Origin: a bacterium
GTDB lineage: Bacteria > UBA8248
Reading direction: 5' to 3'
Assembly: GCA_965221165.1 (NCBI GenBank)
Contig: CBDCRP010000002.1
Coordinates: forward strand, 704,001 to 768,000
DNA: 64,000 nt
The notes beneath the pieces were generated by a model. The model was not told where the DNA came from. It made no database searches and worked only from the letters and a program-made list of their open reading frames with translations. This document shows positions 38,345 to 47,802 of this stretch, one piece after another. A program made the translations under genes and the position numbers. Positions within the stretch are counted from its first letter, which is position 1. Each line of letters begins with the position of its first letter.

Positions 38345-38583
38345 GATTGCGCATGCTCCCCGATCAGGTTGACGGCTTCCGATTCTGTGGGAAAGCTGCC
38401 CGAGTCCAGCTTCGACCACAAAAGTTCGCCATCCAGCACCAATTCGAAGGAGCCGACGCGAAATTTTCCGTCCTCGTTTCCGGGGATTTCCAGGTCCGGG
38501 AAATGTTTCTTCAAATCCTGAGCCAACTGCTCATAGCGGGGCCCGTAGTTTCATTTTTCACAATACTCAACGTGAAGTTTCAT
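38341..38583 (-). CDS. Rdx family (SelW/SelT/SelH-like) selenoprotein, CxxU
   Basis: AGGAG RBS, ATG at 38583: MKLHVEYCEK(TGA)NYGPRYEQLAQDL...GSFELVLDGELLWSKLDSGSFP; the TGA at 38553-38551 lies at the conserved CxxU position. Confidence 0.88.
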
Positions 38584-38789
38584 TCATCCTTCTCCTGCAG
38601 GAAATAAAAGTTGGCGAGCACTCACATCATAGAAGAATTGGACCGCTAGGAGAAGAGTGCGAGAAGTAAAATCCTGAAATTTGACTTTTCGCGCACTCAT
38701 AATCCTGCGAAACCCGCGCGCGGCTTGACTAATTCACCGACACAAGAGAAAAAACTCCCCAATTTCCAAAGAGAACCCAAGGAGGAGAA

Positions 38790-40193
38790 ATGGCTGGAAT
38801 CACCCGAGTAGGAGCATATATACCCTTTCATCGGCTGGGCGGAGAAACCGTACGGGCCGTATGGGGAACAGGCAGCCCAAGGGCTTCGCGCCCTCTGGCC
38901 GGTTTCGACGAAGACCCCATCACCATGGGGGTGGAGGCGTTGATCAACGCCGCGGGCTGGGGCGATTCCGAAGTCGATTCACTCTATTTCGCCTCCACGT
39001 CCCATCCTTACGCCGAAAAATCAAACGCAAGCGTTCTCGCCGCAGCGGCGGATTTGCCCGAAAAACTCTTCACCCTGGATGCGGGCGGCTCCCTGCGCGC
39101 GGGCACGTCCGCGCTCAAAGCCGCTTGTGACGCCATCGAAGCAGGCTCATCCAAAGCGGCGGCCGTGGTGGCGGCGGAAAAAAGGCCCTCGCTGCCCGGA
39201 AGTCCCGATGAACTGGGCCTCTGCGACGGCGCCGCGGCGATGTTGCTCGGTAAAGGGGACGAGGTGGCCGCGGAGATCGAGGCGATTTATTCATGGTCCG
39301 AGGATTTCATCGACAGGTGGCGGCTGCCGGGCGAGGGAGCCGTCTCAGCCGGTGACGCCAAATTCATCCAGGACTACGGCTATGTGCGCCAGAGCGTCGC
39401 CACCGTCGAGGGATTGCTCAAACAAACAGGCGCCACGAGAGAAGACATCGCGCGCGTGCTCGTCTACGCCCCGGACCCCCGCACCCATGCGGCAATCGCC
39501 AGAAAACTGGGTTTTCCCGACTCGGCTTATCCCGAACAACCGCTCATCGCGCGGCTCGGAGATTCCGGGGCGGCGGCGCCTCTGCTCTCTCTCGTCGATG
39601 CCCTCCAAAGCGCGGAACCGGGCGAGCACATCATCGTCGCGGGTCACGGAAGCGGGGGGGAAGCCATCCTGCTTCGGGTGACGGACAAGGTCCATTCCTT
39701 GAGGGCTCAGCGGGGAGTCGGCTGGTCTGTGGAGCGCGCGCGCGCCATCCCGAATTACGGCCAATGGCTCAAATTCAGAGGCTTATCTCCCGAGGAGGAA
39801 ATCAAACCCTTCTCCTCGCCCAGTATCCTTTGGAAAGAAAACAGGGCGACCATGCGCTTGATGGCCGGCGTTTGCCGCTCATGCGGAGAGCTTCAGTATC
39901 CCCGCCAGCAAGTGTGCAATTCCTGTGGCGCGCGGGGAGAGTGGGATGAGCGAAAACTGAGCCGCAAGGGCAGAATCTTCACCTTCGTACACGATTACCT
40001 GCCCCCATCGCCGGAGGGCTTCATCACGATGGCCACGGTGGAACTCGAAGGCGGCGGACGCTTTTACGGCCAGATGACGAATCAGGTGAAAGACGATGTT
40101 CACATCGGCATGGAATGTGAACTCACTTTCAGGCTTCTCCATCAGGGCGATGGGTATTATAATTACTTCTGGAAACTGCGCCCCGCCGAATAG
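38790..40193 (+). CDS. HMG-CoA synthase/KAS III-like domain fused to DUF35 (Zn ribbon plus OB fold)
   Basis: GAYIP, DEDPITMGVEA, GAAAML, LGDSGAA; C-terminal CRSCG...CNSCG, TFRLLH, NYFWK. Confidence 0.88.
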   Translation: MAGITRVGAYIPFHRLGGETVRAVWGTGSPRASRPLAGFDEDPITMGVEALINAAGWGDSEVDSLYFASTSHPYAEKSNASVLAAAADLPEKLFTLDAGGSLRAGTSALKAACDAIEAGSSKAAAVVAAEKRPSLPGSPDELGLCDGAAAMLLGKGDEVAAEIEAIYSWSEDFIDRWRLPGEGAVSAGDAKFIQDYGYVRQSVATVEGLLKQTGATREDIARVLVYAPDPRTHAAIARKLGFPDSAYPEQPLIARLGDSGAAAPLLSLVDALQSAEPGEHIIVAGHGSGGEAILLRVTDKVHSLRAQRGVGWSVERARAIPNYGQWLKFRGLSPEEEIKPFSSPSILWKENRATMRLMAGVCRSCGELQYPRQQVCNSCGARGEWDERKLSRKGRIFTFVHDYLPPSPEGFITMATVELEGGGRFYGQMTNQVKDDVHIGMECELTFRLLHQGDGYYNYFWKLRPAE

Positions 40194-40239
40194 GGCTTCG
40201 TCTTTCCCGGGGGAGACCTCTTTTTTCAAGGAGTTGGAC

Positions 40240-41436
40240 ATGAGCGGAAGTATCGCCGGAAAAGTCGCCATCATCGGCGCGGGCATCACGAAATTCGGAG
40301 AACTCTTCGAGCAGAGCTATAACGATCTCGTGGTGGAAGCCGCCTTCAAGGCCTATCAGGATGCGGGCGTGAGCGGCGGCGACATCGAGGCTGCTTGGCT
40401 GGGCACGTATCTGCCGCTCGGCTGGGGTTTCGACGGCACGGGCGGACCCTCGCTTGCCGAAGCGCTGAACCTCTACCCGAAACCCGTCTCCCGGGTGTCG
40501 AACTACTGCACGACGGGCATGGAAGCCGTCCGCATGGCGGCGATGGCCGTAGCCTCGGGCATGCACGACGTCGTCCTCGCCGTAGGCGCCGAGAAGATGC
40601 GCGAAGTCCCTCCCCGGGGCAGCCTGGTGGCCCAACACGTTGAAAAACTACATCCTATGTATTCGAAAGGCCGCACGGCGCCGGGCAGCTTCGCCGTTCT
40701 GGCGAGGCGGTATTTCGAGGAATTCGGCGCGGACAAAGAGGATTTGGCCGAGGTGGCGGTGAAGAATCACTACCACGGGAGCCTGAACCCGCGCGCGCAC
40801 TTCAGAAAAGAGATCACCAAAGAACAGGTACTGAAAGCCCCGCCGGTGACCGAACCTTTGGGCCTATACGATTGCTGCCCCACGACGGATGGCGCCGCGG
40901 CGATCGTTCTCTGCCGGGCGGACCTGGCCGAGAAGCGCTTCGCCAAGAAAGACTACGTCCTGATCGACGGCATGGGGCTTTCCTGCGCGACGGGCTACAT
41001 CACCACGGCGTTCAACCCCAGGTTCAACTTCATCGGCTTCGAGGCCACCCAGGAGGCCGCGCGCCAAGCCTACGAGCAGTCCGGCGTAACGAACCCCCGC
41101 GAGGAGATAGACGTCGCGGAAGTACATGATTGTTTTACGATTACGGAGATTCTGAATTACGAGGACCTGGGCTTCGTCGAGAAGGGCGAGGGTCCTGATT
41201 TCGTGAAAAGCGGCGCGAGCAGGCTCGGCGGCGAGCTGCCCGTGAACACCTCGGGCGGCCTCAAGAGCTGCGGCCATCCCATCGGCGCAACGGGCGCGCG
41301 CGTGGTGGCCGACCTCACGCACCAGCTCTTAGGGTGCTGCGGCGACCGCCAGGTGAAGGGCGCGAAACGAGCGCTCGGCCACACACTCGGCGGCCCGGGT
41401 GCGGTCTCCAGCGTGTTCGTTTTGGGCAAGAATTGA
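40240..41436 (+). CDS. SCP-x-type thiolase / acetyl-CoA acetyltransferase
   Basis: VSNYCTTG, VKNHYHG..NP.AH, DCCPTTDGAAA, EVHDCFT, VNTSGGLKSCGHPIGATG. Confidence 0.92.
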   Translation: MSGSIAGKVAIIGAGITKFGELFEQSYNDLVVEAAFKAYQDAGVSGGDIEAAWLGTYLPLGWGFDGTGGPSLAEALNLYPKPVSRVSNYCTTGMEAVRMAAMAVASGMHDVVLAVGAEKMREVPPRGSLVAQHVEKLHPMYSKGRTAPGSFAVLARRYFEEFGADKEDLAEVAVKNHYHGSLNPRAHFRKEITKEQVLKAPPVTEPLGLYDCCPTTDGAAAIVLCRADLAEKRFAKKDYVLIDGMGLSCATGYITTAFNPRFNFIGFEATQEAARQAYEQSGVTNPREEIDVAEVHDCFTITEILNYEDLGFVEKGEGPDFVKSGASRLGGELPVNTSGGLKSCGHPIGATGARVVADLTHQLLGCCGDRQVKGAKRALGHTLGGPGAVSSVFVLGKN

Positions 41437-41449
41437 GAAAATAATGAAA

Positions 41450-41471
41450 CCCCCGGGCGCGCGCCCGGGGG
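41450..41471. terminator. Perfect 22-bp GC palindrome after the thiolase gene
   Basis: CCCCCGGGCGCGCGCCCGGGGG; no clear U-tract follows. Confidence 0.45.
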
Positions 41472-41599
41472 AATTTCACCCCCGCAACTCCCCGCATATC
41501 CGCGCATTCGCCGTTATCGCGGGCATCGCTGGCCATGGCAGAATTCCCCTGCGCTGCGATGCGGCGGCGTCTTTTCGACCCTCCCAAAAGTATTCATTT

Positions 41600-41787
41600 A
41601 TTTATCGAAAGACCCCGGAAATTTATCTAATTTTATGGGATTTAGAGACATAAGCAGTTCCCATTAGACATGAAATCCCGCTACCATATTGATATTATTA
41701 TGAATATCCACTATTCCCAATCTCGCTTAGAACCCTCCTCATATGGTATGTAATCAAAACGAAAGCGGATTCATTAAAACTCCTGCG
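41600..41787 (+). repeat. 188-bp AT-rich direct repeat, copy 1
   Basis: Matches 49627-49814 with 5 mismatches by hand alignment. Confidence 0.95.
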
Positions 41788-42391
41788 GGGCCATCTGGCG
41801 GAGTTCGGAGTCGTCGCCCCCCAAGGCCGAGCCCACCTCGCGCGGTTGGCGTCGGCCGTTGCCAATCCGGGTTCGGGGTTGCCCGAGGCGGTCCGCGAAC
41901 TGGGCGTGGTTCTGCTCGCGCATATAGCCGGCCTGAAGGAGAAGATACAGGAGTTGGAGAGGCGACTCCGCACGAGCGCGTACGAGGATGAGGAAGCGAG
42001 ACGACTGATGAGCATTCCGGGGGTCGGTCCGGTCTGCGCGTCGGCGATCCAGGCCTTCGCCCCGCCGATGGAGAGCTTCCGCCGGGGGCGGGACTTCTCC
42101 GCCTGGCTCGGTCTCGTGCCGCGACAGCACTCGACCGGAGGCAAGCCGCGACTGGGTAGGATATCGAAGATGGGCCGGCGCGACGTGAGGCGGTTGTTGA
42201 TCACGGGCGCGATGAGCGTGGTGCGCTGGGCGGTCCGGCGAGGCGCGCCCCCCGGATCGTGGCTGGCCCGGATGCTGGCGCGTAAGCCCAAGATGCTGGT
42301 TGCGGTGGCGCTGGCCAACAGGATGACGCGCATCGCCTGGGCGCTGATTACGAACAGAGAATTCTACCGGGAGCCCGCGCCGGCCGCCTGA
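41783..42391 (+). pseudogene. IS110/IS1111 family recombinase, 5'-truncated
   Basis: LRGHLAEFGVVAPQG...LMSIPGVGP...FSAWLGLVPRQHSTGGK.RLGRISKMG...VALANRMTRIAWAL; the N-terminal DEDD/RuvC domain is absent. Confidence 0.9.
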
Positions 42392-42661
42392 GCGGCAGGC
42401 GAGCGGAGCACGGCGGGAATGTGAGCAGGCCGAATGAGGAGGTAGGGGCGAACGGTCATTGAGACGGGGTCGGGAAAACCAGGACCAGATTTTGGAGTTT
42501 TTCAAGCTCGCACGGTCGATTCGGACCCGATCCTCGCATTTCCATACGGGCCGCGGTAATAGTGAAACGCCGCAATTGAGAGGCCGTATACACGAATGAG
42601 TCTGACCATAACGCACCAAAACCTCCGGGCCAACGCTTGCATTCTTGGGCGCGTCCATACA
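42392..42661 (+). ncRNA. IS1111-type right non-coding end, probable bridge/seek RNA
   Basis: ~270-nt structured non-coding region after the recombinase; stem GGGGTCGGG/CCCGATCC, GGGCC..GCGG..CCGC..AGGCC block, ending GCGTCCAT as in IS1111 sub-terminal repeats. Confidence 0.7.
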
Positions 42662-43925
42662 CAAATCTGGTGTATGGCCGTCTCGAATCCAGCGGCCCTC
42701 CCGCCCGTTTCTTTTTCCTCCACCCCATCGATGAACCTCACGTCGGCGATCACCTCGGCCAGATGATGGAAGCCGCGTAGTCGGCGCCATCGCTTCTCGG
42801 CGCTCATGGCGAGTTGATGCACAAGGCTCAGCGCCGTCTTCTCGCTCAGGCAGTACCTCGTCTTCGCCGTTCGCAAGCGGATGGTGGCGAAGGTCGATTC
42901 GATGGGGTTCGTCGTCCGAAGACTCCGCTAGTGCGCCGCCGGGAAGTCGTAGAAGGCGAGCAACTCCTCGCGGTCCCCCGCCAGGCAATCGGCGGCTTTC
43001 GGGTACTTCGCCTCCCAGGTGGCACAGAAGCGCTCAAAAGCCTCCTTCGCATGCGCACGGGTTTCGGGATATACCTCGGCCAGGGCCGACCACAACCCCA
43101 GCCCACCGTCGCCCACCGCCAGCTTCGCCGCCCTCACGCCCCGGTCCCGCAGGCTCAACAGCACCGCCTCCAGCTCTCCTTCGACTCCCTGAACCCGGAT
43201 TCCAGGGCCAGGAAGCGCTTGCGGCCACGCGCGTCGCAGCCCACAACCACTAGCAGACAACGCCGCTCCTCGCCGCGCACGTTCACGTAGATCCCGTCCG
43301 CCCACAGATACACGAACTCCTCGCCACCCCAGTCCCGCTCGCGCCACTGCGCGTACTCACGCTCCCAGCCGTCCTTGAGCCGCGCGACGCTCGCCGGGGA
43401 CAATCCCTTCACCGACTCGCCGAACAGCGCCGTGAGCGCTTCACCGAAGTCGTTCGTCGATACCCCCTTCAGGTACAGCCACGGAATCACCGCCTCCATA
43501 CGCCTCGTCTTCTTCAAATACGGCGGCAGCAACTCCGAGCGGAAGCACCGGCCCGCGCCCGACCTGTCCCGCGTCCGCGGAACCCGGACACGCACCGGAC
43601 CCACACCCGTCAACACCTCCCGCGACGGCAGGTAGCCGTTGCGAACCACCGCGCGTCGACCTTGCGCGTCACGGTCGGCCGCATACCCTTCCAGAAAGGC
43701 CTCCAACTCCGCTTCCACCGCCTGGCGGATGATTCGTTGCGCGCCCTCGCGCACCAGTTCGCTCAACTCGTCCCGTAGGGCTGGATTCCGGAAAGGAATC
43801 GTCGTATCTTCTCTCATGGTGGAGCATCTCCTGTGTGCTGAATGACCGGGCTTTGGACAACCCTATTTCAGCAGGATGCGACGCCTTCTTCAATTCAGCC
43901 CATACACAACTTCTGACAGTAACTC
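42662..43925 (-). mobile_element. IS256-family element, decayed
   Basis: RNGY, VPRTRDR, LYLKGVSTNDF, YLWADGIY, GDGGLGLW, TTNPIES motifs spread over frames: frameshift ~43170, TAG at 42930-42928, apparent internal deletion. Left IR GAGTTACTGTCAGAAGTTGTGTATG; right IR only partly present (CATACACCAGATTTG). Confidence 0.9.
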
Positions 43926-43939
43926 GTCGGGGAGTGCCC

Positions 43940-45685
43940 ATGGATCCAGGCTGCGACCGAATCACCACCGAGGTCATCGCGCACCGCTTCGCCGCCGCGG
44001 CCGACGAGATGATGGCCACCCTCGTCAAGACCGCGTATTCCCCGAACATCAAGGAGCGGCGTGACTGCTCGGTCGCGATCTTCGACACTGCGGGCAACCT
44101 CCTCGCCCTGACCGCCATCGCCCCCCTTCACCTGAGCTCGCTCCTCGGCCTCGTGGAGAACATCACCCGGCGTTACCCCCTCGACCGCTTTCGCCCCGGC
44201 GACGGCTTCCTCACGAACGATCCGTACGTGGGAGGCGGCTCGCACCTGCCGGACCTGACGCTCGCAAGGCCCGTCTTCTTCGATGGCCGGCCGGTCGCGT
44301 TCGTCGCCAACATCGCCCACCACTCCGACATCGGCGGCAAGGTGGCGGGGAGCGAGAGCGCCGACTGCACGAGCATCTTCCAGGAAGGGCTGCGGATCCC
44401 TCCCGTCAAGCTGCTGGACGAGGGGGAACTGTGCACCGACATGCTCGCGTTCGTGCTCCTCAACTCGCGCACCCCGCGCGAGCGCGAGGGCGATCTGCGG
44501 GCCCAGATCGCGACCAACGCCATCGGGGTCCGCCGGGTGCAGGAGTGCTTTGCTCGCTTCGGAGCCGATAGCGTGCACCGGGGCGCGAGAGCGCTCCTCG
44601 ACTACGCCGAGTCGCGCACTCGCGCCGAGATCGCGAGGCTGCCGGACGGAACCTACGAGAACGAAGAAGTGGTCGACAACGACGGCGTGGCCGACGGCAT
44701 CGTTCGCCTCCGCGTCAAGATCACCATTCGCGTCGATCGCATTCACTTCGACTTCACGGGCACCGACGGGCAGATCGCAGGGGCCCGGAACATGCCGCTC
44801 GCGGCCACCCTGTCCGGCGTCTACTACGCGGTCAAGGCGGTGACGGACCCGGCGCTGCCGCCCAACTCCGGGTACTTCCGCGCCATCGGCGTCACCGCGC
44901 CGGAAGGCACGGTCGTCAACTGCCGCCCCCCCGCCGCCGTCGGGGATCGGGGCGCGACCGGCAACGTGCTCGGCGACCTGCTGCTGGGCGCGCTCGCCGA
45001 CGCTGCGCCGGACCGGGTGATGGCCGGCTGCGGTCCGCTCCACGGGCTTATCTTCAGCGGCGTCGACCCGCGCCGGAACGAGTACTTCGTCGACTACGAG
45101 ACCTACGCGGGAGCGTCCGGCGCGCTTTCCGCGCTCGACGGAAAAGACGCGGTCCGGGTCCACGTTTCAGGCGCGGCCAACCTGCCCATCGAATCCGTGG
45201 AGCAGGAGTTCCCGCTGACCGTCGGCCGCTACGAGCTGATCGCCGACTCGGGAGGCCCCGGACGGCATCGCGGCGGCCTCGCGACGCGCCGCGACGTCAC
45301 CATCTGGGCGGAGCGGGCGAGGCTCGCAGGCCGCGGACTGCGCCAATCCCGAGGCGCGTCCGGGCTGTTTGGCGGAAGTTCGGGGTGTCCCGGCGTCTTC
45401 GTTCTGGACCCGGGCGGAAACCGCGAGACGAAGCTTCCGGGCTCGTTCTCGGAGCTCAAGGTGGACGCGAGAACGACGGTCCGGGTCGACACCCCGTCCG
45501 GTGCCGGCTTCGGCGACCCGTGGGAACGCGATCCGGAGAGGGTGCGCGACGACGTGGCCGCCGGCAAGGTGACCGCACCCGCGGCGGAGCAGAGCTACGG
45601 CGTCGCGCTCGTCCGCGGAAGCGTCGACGCCTCCCGGACCGCGGCCTTGCGGGAGGCCCGCCAAGATTCGAACCGTGGCGCCTGA
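43940..45685 (+). CDS. Hydantoinase B/oxoprolinase subunit (copy 1)
   Basis: TAYSPNIKERRDCS, NDPY.GGSHLPD, HHSDIGG, DSGGPGRHRGG, GAGFGDP.ERDPE.V..DV. Confidence 0.92.
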   Translation: MDPGCDRITTEVIAHRFAAAADEMMATLVKTAYSPNIKERRDCSVAIFDTAGNLLALTAIAPLHLSSLLGLVENITRRYPLDRFRPGDGFLTNDPYVGGGSHLPDLTLARPVFFDGRPVAFVANIAHHSDIGGKVAGSESADCTSIFQEGLRIPPVKLLDEGELCTDMLAFVLLNSRTPREREGDLRAQIATNAIGVRRVQECFARFGADSVHRGARALLDYAESRTRAEIARLPDGTYENEEVVDNDGVADGIVRLRVKITIRVDRIHFDFTGTDGQIAGARNMPLAATLSGVYYAVKAVTDPALPPNSGYFRAIGVTAPEGTVVNCRPPAAVGDRGATGNVLGDLLLGALADAAPDRVMAGCGPLHGLIFSGVDPRRNEYFVDYETYAGASGALSALDGKDAVRVHVSGAANLPIESVEQEFPLTVGRYELIADSGGPGRHRGGLATRRDVTIWAERARLAGRGLRQSRGASGLFGGSSGCPGVFVLDPGGNRETKLPGSFSELKVDARTTVRVDTPSGAGFGDPWERDPERVRDDVAAGKVTAPAAEQSYGVALVRGSVDASRTAALREARQDSNRGA

Positions 45686-47777
45686 GCGTTACGTCCTCGG
45701 CGTCGACGTCGGCGGGACGTTCACCGACTTCGCACTCGTCCGCCTCTCGGACGGCAAGACGTGGTTTCTGAAGACACCCTCGACCCCGGACGACCCGTCC
45801 CGGGCGATTGCGGCCGGTATTCCGGAGCTATTGGACTGTGCAGCCGCCGGTGCCGGGAACGTCCGCTACTTCGGCCACGGAACGACGGTCGCCACCAACG
45901 CGCTCATCACGGGGGACACGGCGGTCACGGGCCTCATCACCACTGAAGGGTTTCGCGACATCCTGGAGATCCGCCGCCAGCGCCAACCCCACAACTACGA
46001 CATTCGGATGCCGAAGCCCCCGCCCCTCGTCGCGCGCCACCTCCGGCGCGAGATCGAGGAGCGCACCTATCTCCTCGGGCCTTCCGACGTGCCGCCGGAC
46101 CTCGAAGCGCTCGATGGAATCCTCGACGACTTCCGCCGCGAAGGCGTGGAGGCGGTGGCCGTCTGCTTCCTGCACAGCTACCACAATCCGGCCCACGAGG
46201 CCGCCGTCGCGGCCGCGGTGCGCGAGCACCTTCCCGGTGCGTTCACCTGCGCATCCCACGAAGTCGTGGCCGAGTTCCGCGAGTACGAGAGGACCACGAC
46301 CACCGTGCTGAACGCATCGCTGGGCCCGGTCGTGAGCCGCTATCTCGAGCGCCTCGGGGAACGGTCCCGCGCCCTGGGCATCGTGGGCCCGAAGATCCTC
46401 CAGTCCCACGGCGGCGTCGCCTCGCTTCGGGATGCGGGTGCGATGGCGGGCCGCTGCCTCATGTCGGGGCCGGCGGCGGGAGTCACCGGCGCGGGCTTTC
46501 TCGCCGGAAGAGCCGAGTGTCCGGACGTCATCACCTTCGACGTCGGGGGAACGAGCACCGACGTCTGCCTCATCGAAGGCAACCGGCCGCTCGTCGCAAA
46601 GGAGCGGGAGGTGCGGGGGCATCCCATCCGCTTTCCGATGGTCGACGTGCATTCGGTGGGAGCCGGAGGGGGCAGCATCGCGCGCGTGGACACGGGCGGC
46701 TTCGTGCACGTGGGCCCCCGGAGCGCCGGCGCCGCGCCCGGCCCCGCCTGCTACGGCCTCGGGGGAACCGAGCCCACCGTGACCGACGCCAACGTCGTGC
46801 TCGGCCGCCTTTCCGGCGAATCCCTGCTGGGCGGCCGTATGAGCCTCCGTCCCGACCTCGCGCACCGCGCAATCGCCGACAAGGTGGCGGCCCCGATGGG
46901 GCTCGGGGTCGAGGAGGCGGCCGAAGCGGTGCTCACCATCCTCAACGAGAACCTGGTTCAGGCGATACGCGTGATCTCGGTGGAGAAGGGTTTCGATCCG
47001 CGGCACTTCACCCTGGTGGCGTTCGGGGGGGCGGGGCCTCTCCTCGCCTCCGCGCTCGCCCGCGAGCTGGGCATGACCCGGGTCATGGTGCCGCCCGGAC
47101 CGGGTCTCCTGTGCGCGCTCGGGCTCCTCGTCGCCGACGTGCGCTCGGATTTCAGCCTGACGCGGATCGCCGATCTCGAGGGAACCGGCGCCGCCGGCAT
47201 CAACGTCACCTTCACGGAGGTCGGACAGCGAGCGCTCGAATGGTTCGACCGGGAGGGGGTGGAGCCCGGCGAGCGCACGGTGCAACGTGCCATCGACATG
47301 CGCTACGTCGGACAGAGCCACGAGATCACGGTGGCGGTTCAGGAGCGGGAATTCGCCGACCACGACCTCTCGGCGCTGGTCGACGCTTTCCGGCGCGAGC
47401 ACGAAAGAGTGTACGGCTACGCGCCGGACGCGCCGGTTCAACTGGTCACCTTTCGCGTCACCGCCCTCGCCCGGGTGACGGCGCCCCCGGTCGCGGGCAC
47501 CGCCGGGACGGGCGGCGACCTGCGCGCGGCGGAGCGAGGGAGGCGCCGGGTGCATTTTGCAGAGCTCGGCGGATTCGTCGATTGTCCGATCTACGCCCGG
47601 GAGGGCCTCCCCCGGGGCGCCGATCTCGAAGGCCCCGCGATCCTCGAGCAGATGGACTCGACGACCGTCGTGCTGCCCGGACAGGTCGCCCGCAGCGACG
47701 AGCAGGGCAACCTGAACCTCACGGTCGTGTCGGCCCCGCACGACGCAGGGAGCGGCGGTAGCGGGGGGCTCGCATGA
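45675..47777 (+). CDS. Hydantoinase A/oxoprolinase subunit (copy 1)
   Basis: GVDVGGTFTD, HGTTVATNA, SGPAAG, FDVGGTSTD, GAGGGSIA, TVTDAN, FGGAG. Confidence 0.93.
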   Translation: MAPERYVLGVDVGGTFTDFALVRLSDGKTWFLKTPSTPDDPSRAIAAGIPELLDCAAAGAGNVRYFGHGTTVATNALITGDTAVTGLITTEGFRDILEIRRQRQPHNYDIRMPKPPPLVARHLRREIEERTYLLGPSDVPPDLEALDGILDDFRREGVEAVAVCFLHSYHNPAHEAAVAAAVREHLPGAFTCASHEVVAEFREYERTTTTVLNASLGPVVSRYLERLGERSRALGIVGPKILQSHGGVASLRDAGAMAGRCLMSGPAAGVTGAGFLAGRAECPDVITFDVGGTSTDVCLIEGNRPLVAKEREVRGHPIRFPMVDVHSVGAGGGSIARVDTGGFVHVGPRSAGAAPGPACYGLGGTEPTVTDANVVLGRLSGESLLGGRMSLRPDLAHRAIADKVAAPMGLGVEEAAEAVLTILNENLVQAIRVISVEKGFDPRHFTLVAFGGAGPLLASALARELGMTRVMVPPGPGLLCALGLLVADVRSDFSLTRIADLEGTGAAGINVTFTEVGQRALEWFDREGVEPGERTVQRAIDMRYVGQSHEITVAVQEREFADHDLSALVDAFRREHERVYGYAPDAPVQLVTFRVTALARVTAPPVAGTAGTGGDLRAAERGRRRVHFAELGGFVDCPIYAREGLPRGADLEGPAILEQMDSTTVVLPGQVARSDEQGNLNLTVVSAPHDAGSGGSGGLA

Positions 47778-47802
47778 CAGGGCCGAGAGAGACGGAGGGA
47801 GC

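Noticed and set aside
41678-41712. dif/Xer-like site in the repeat
   Set aside because: The match to the XerD arm TTATGTTAAAT is poor and the spacing is wrong.
41743-41991. ORFs starting MVCNQNESGFIKTPA (also 49770-50567)
   Set aside because: The shared N-terminus merely reflects the DNA repeat; the remainder is off-frame IS110 or low-complexity sequence.
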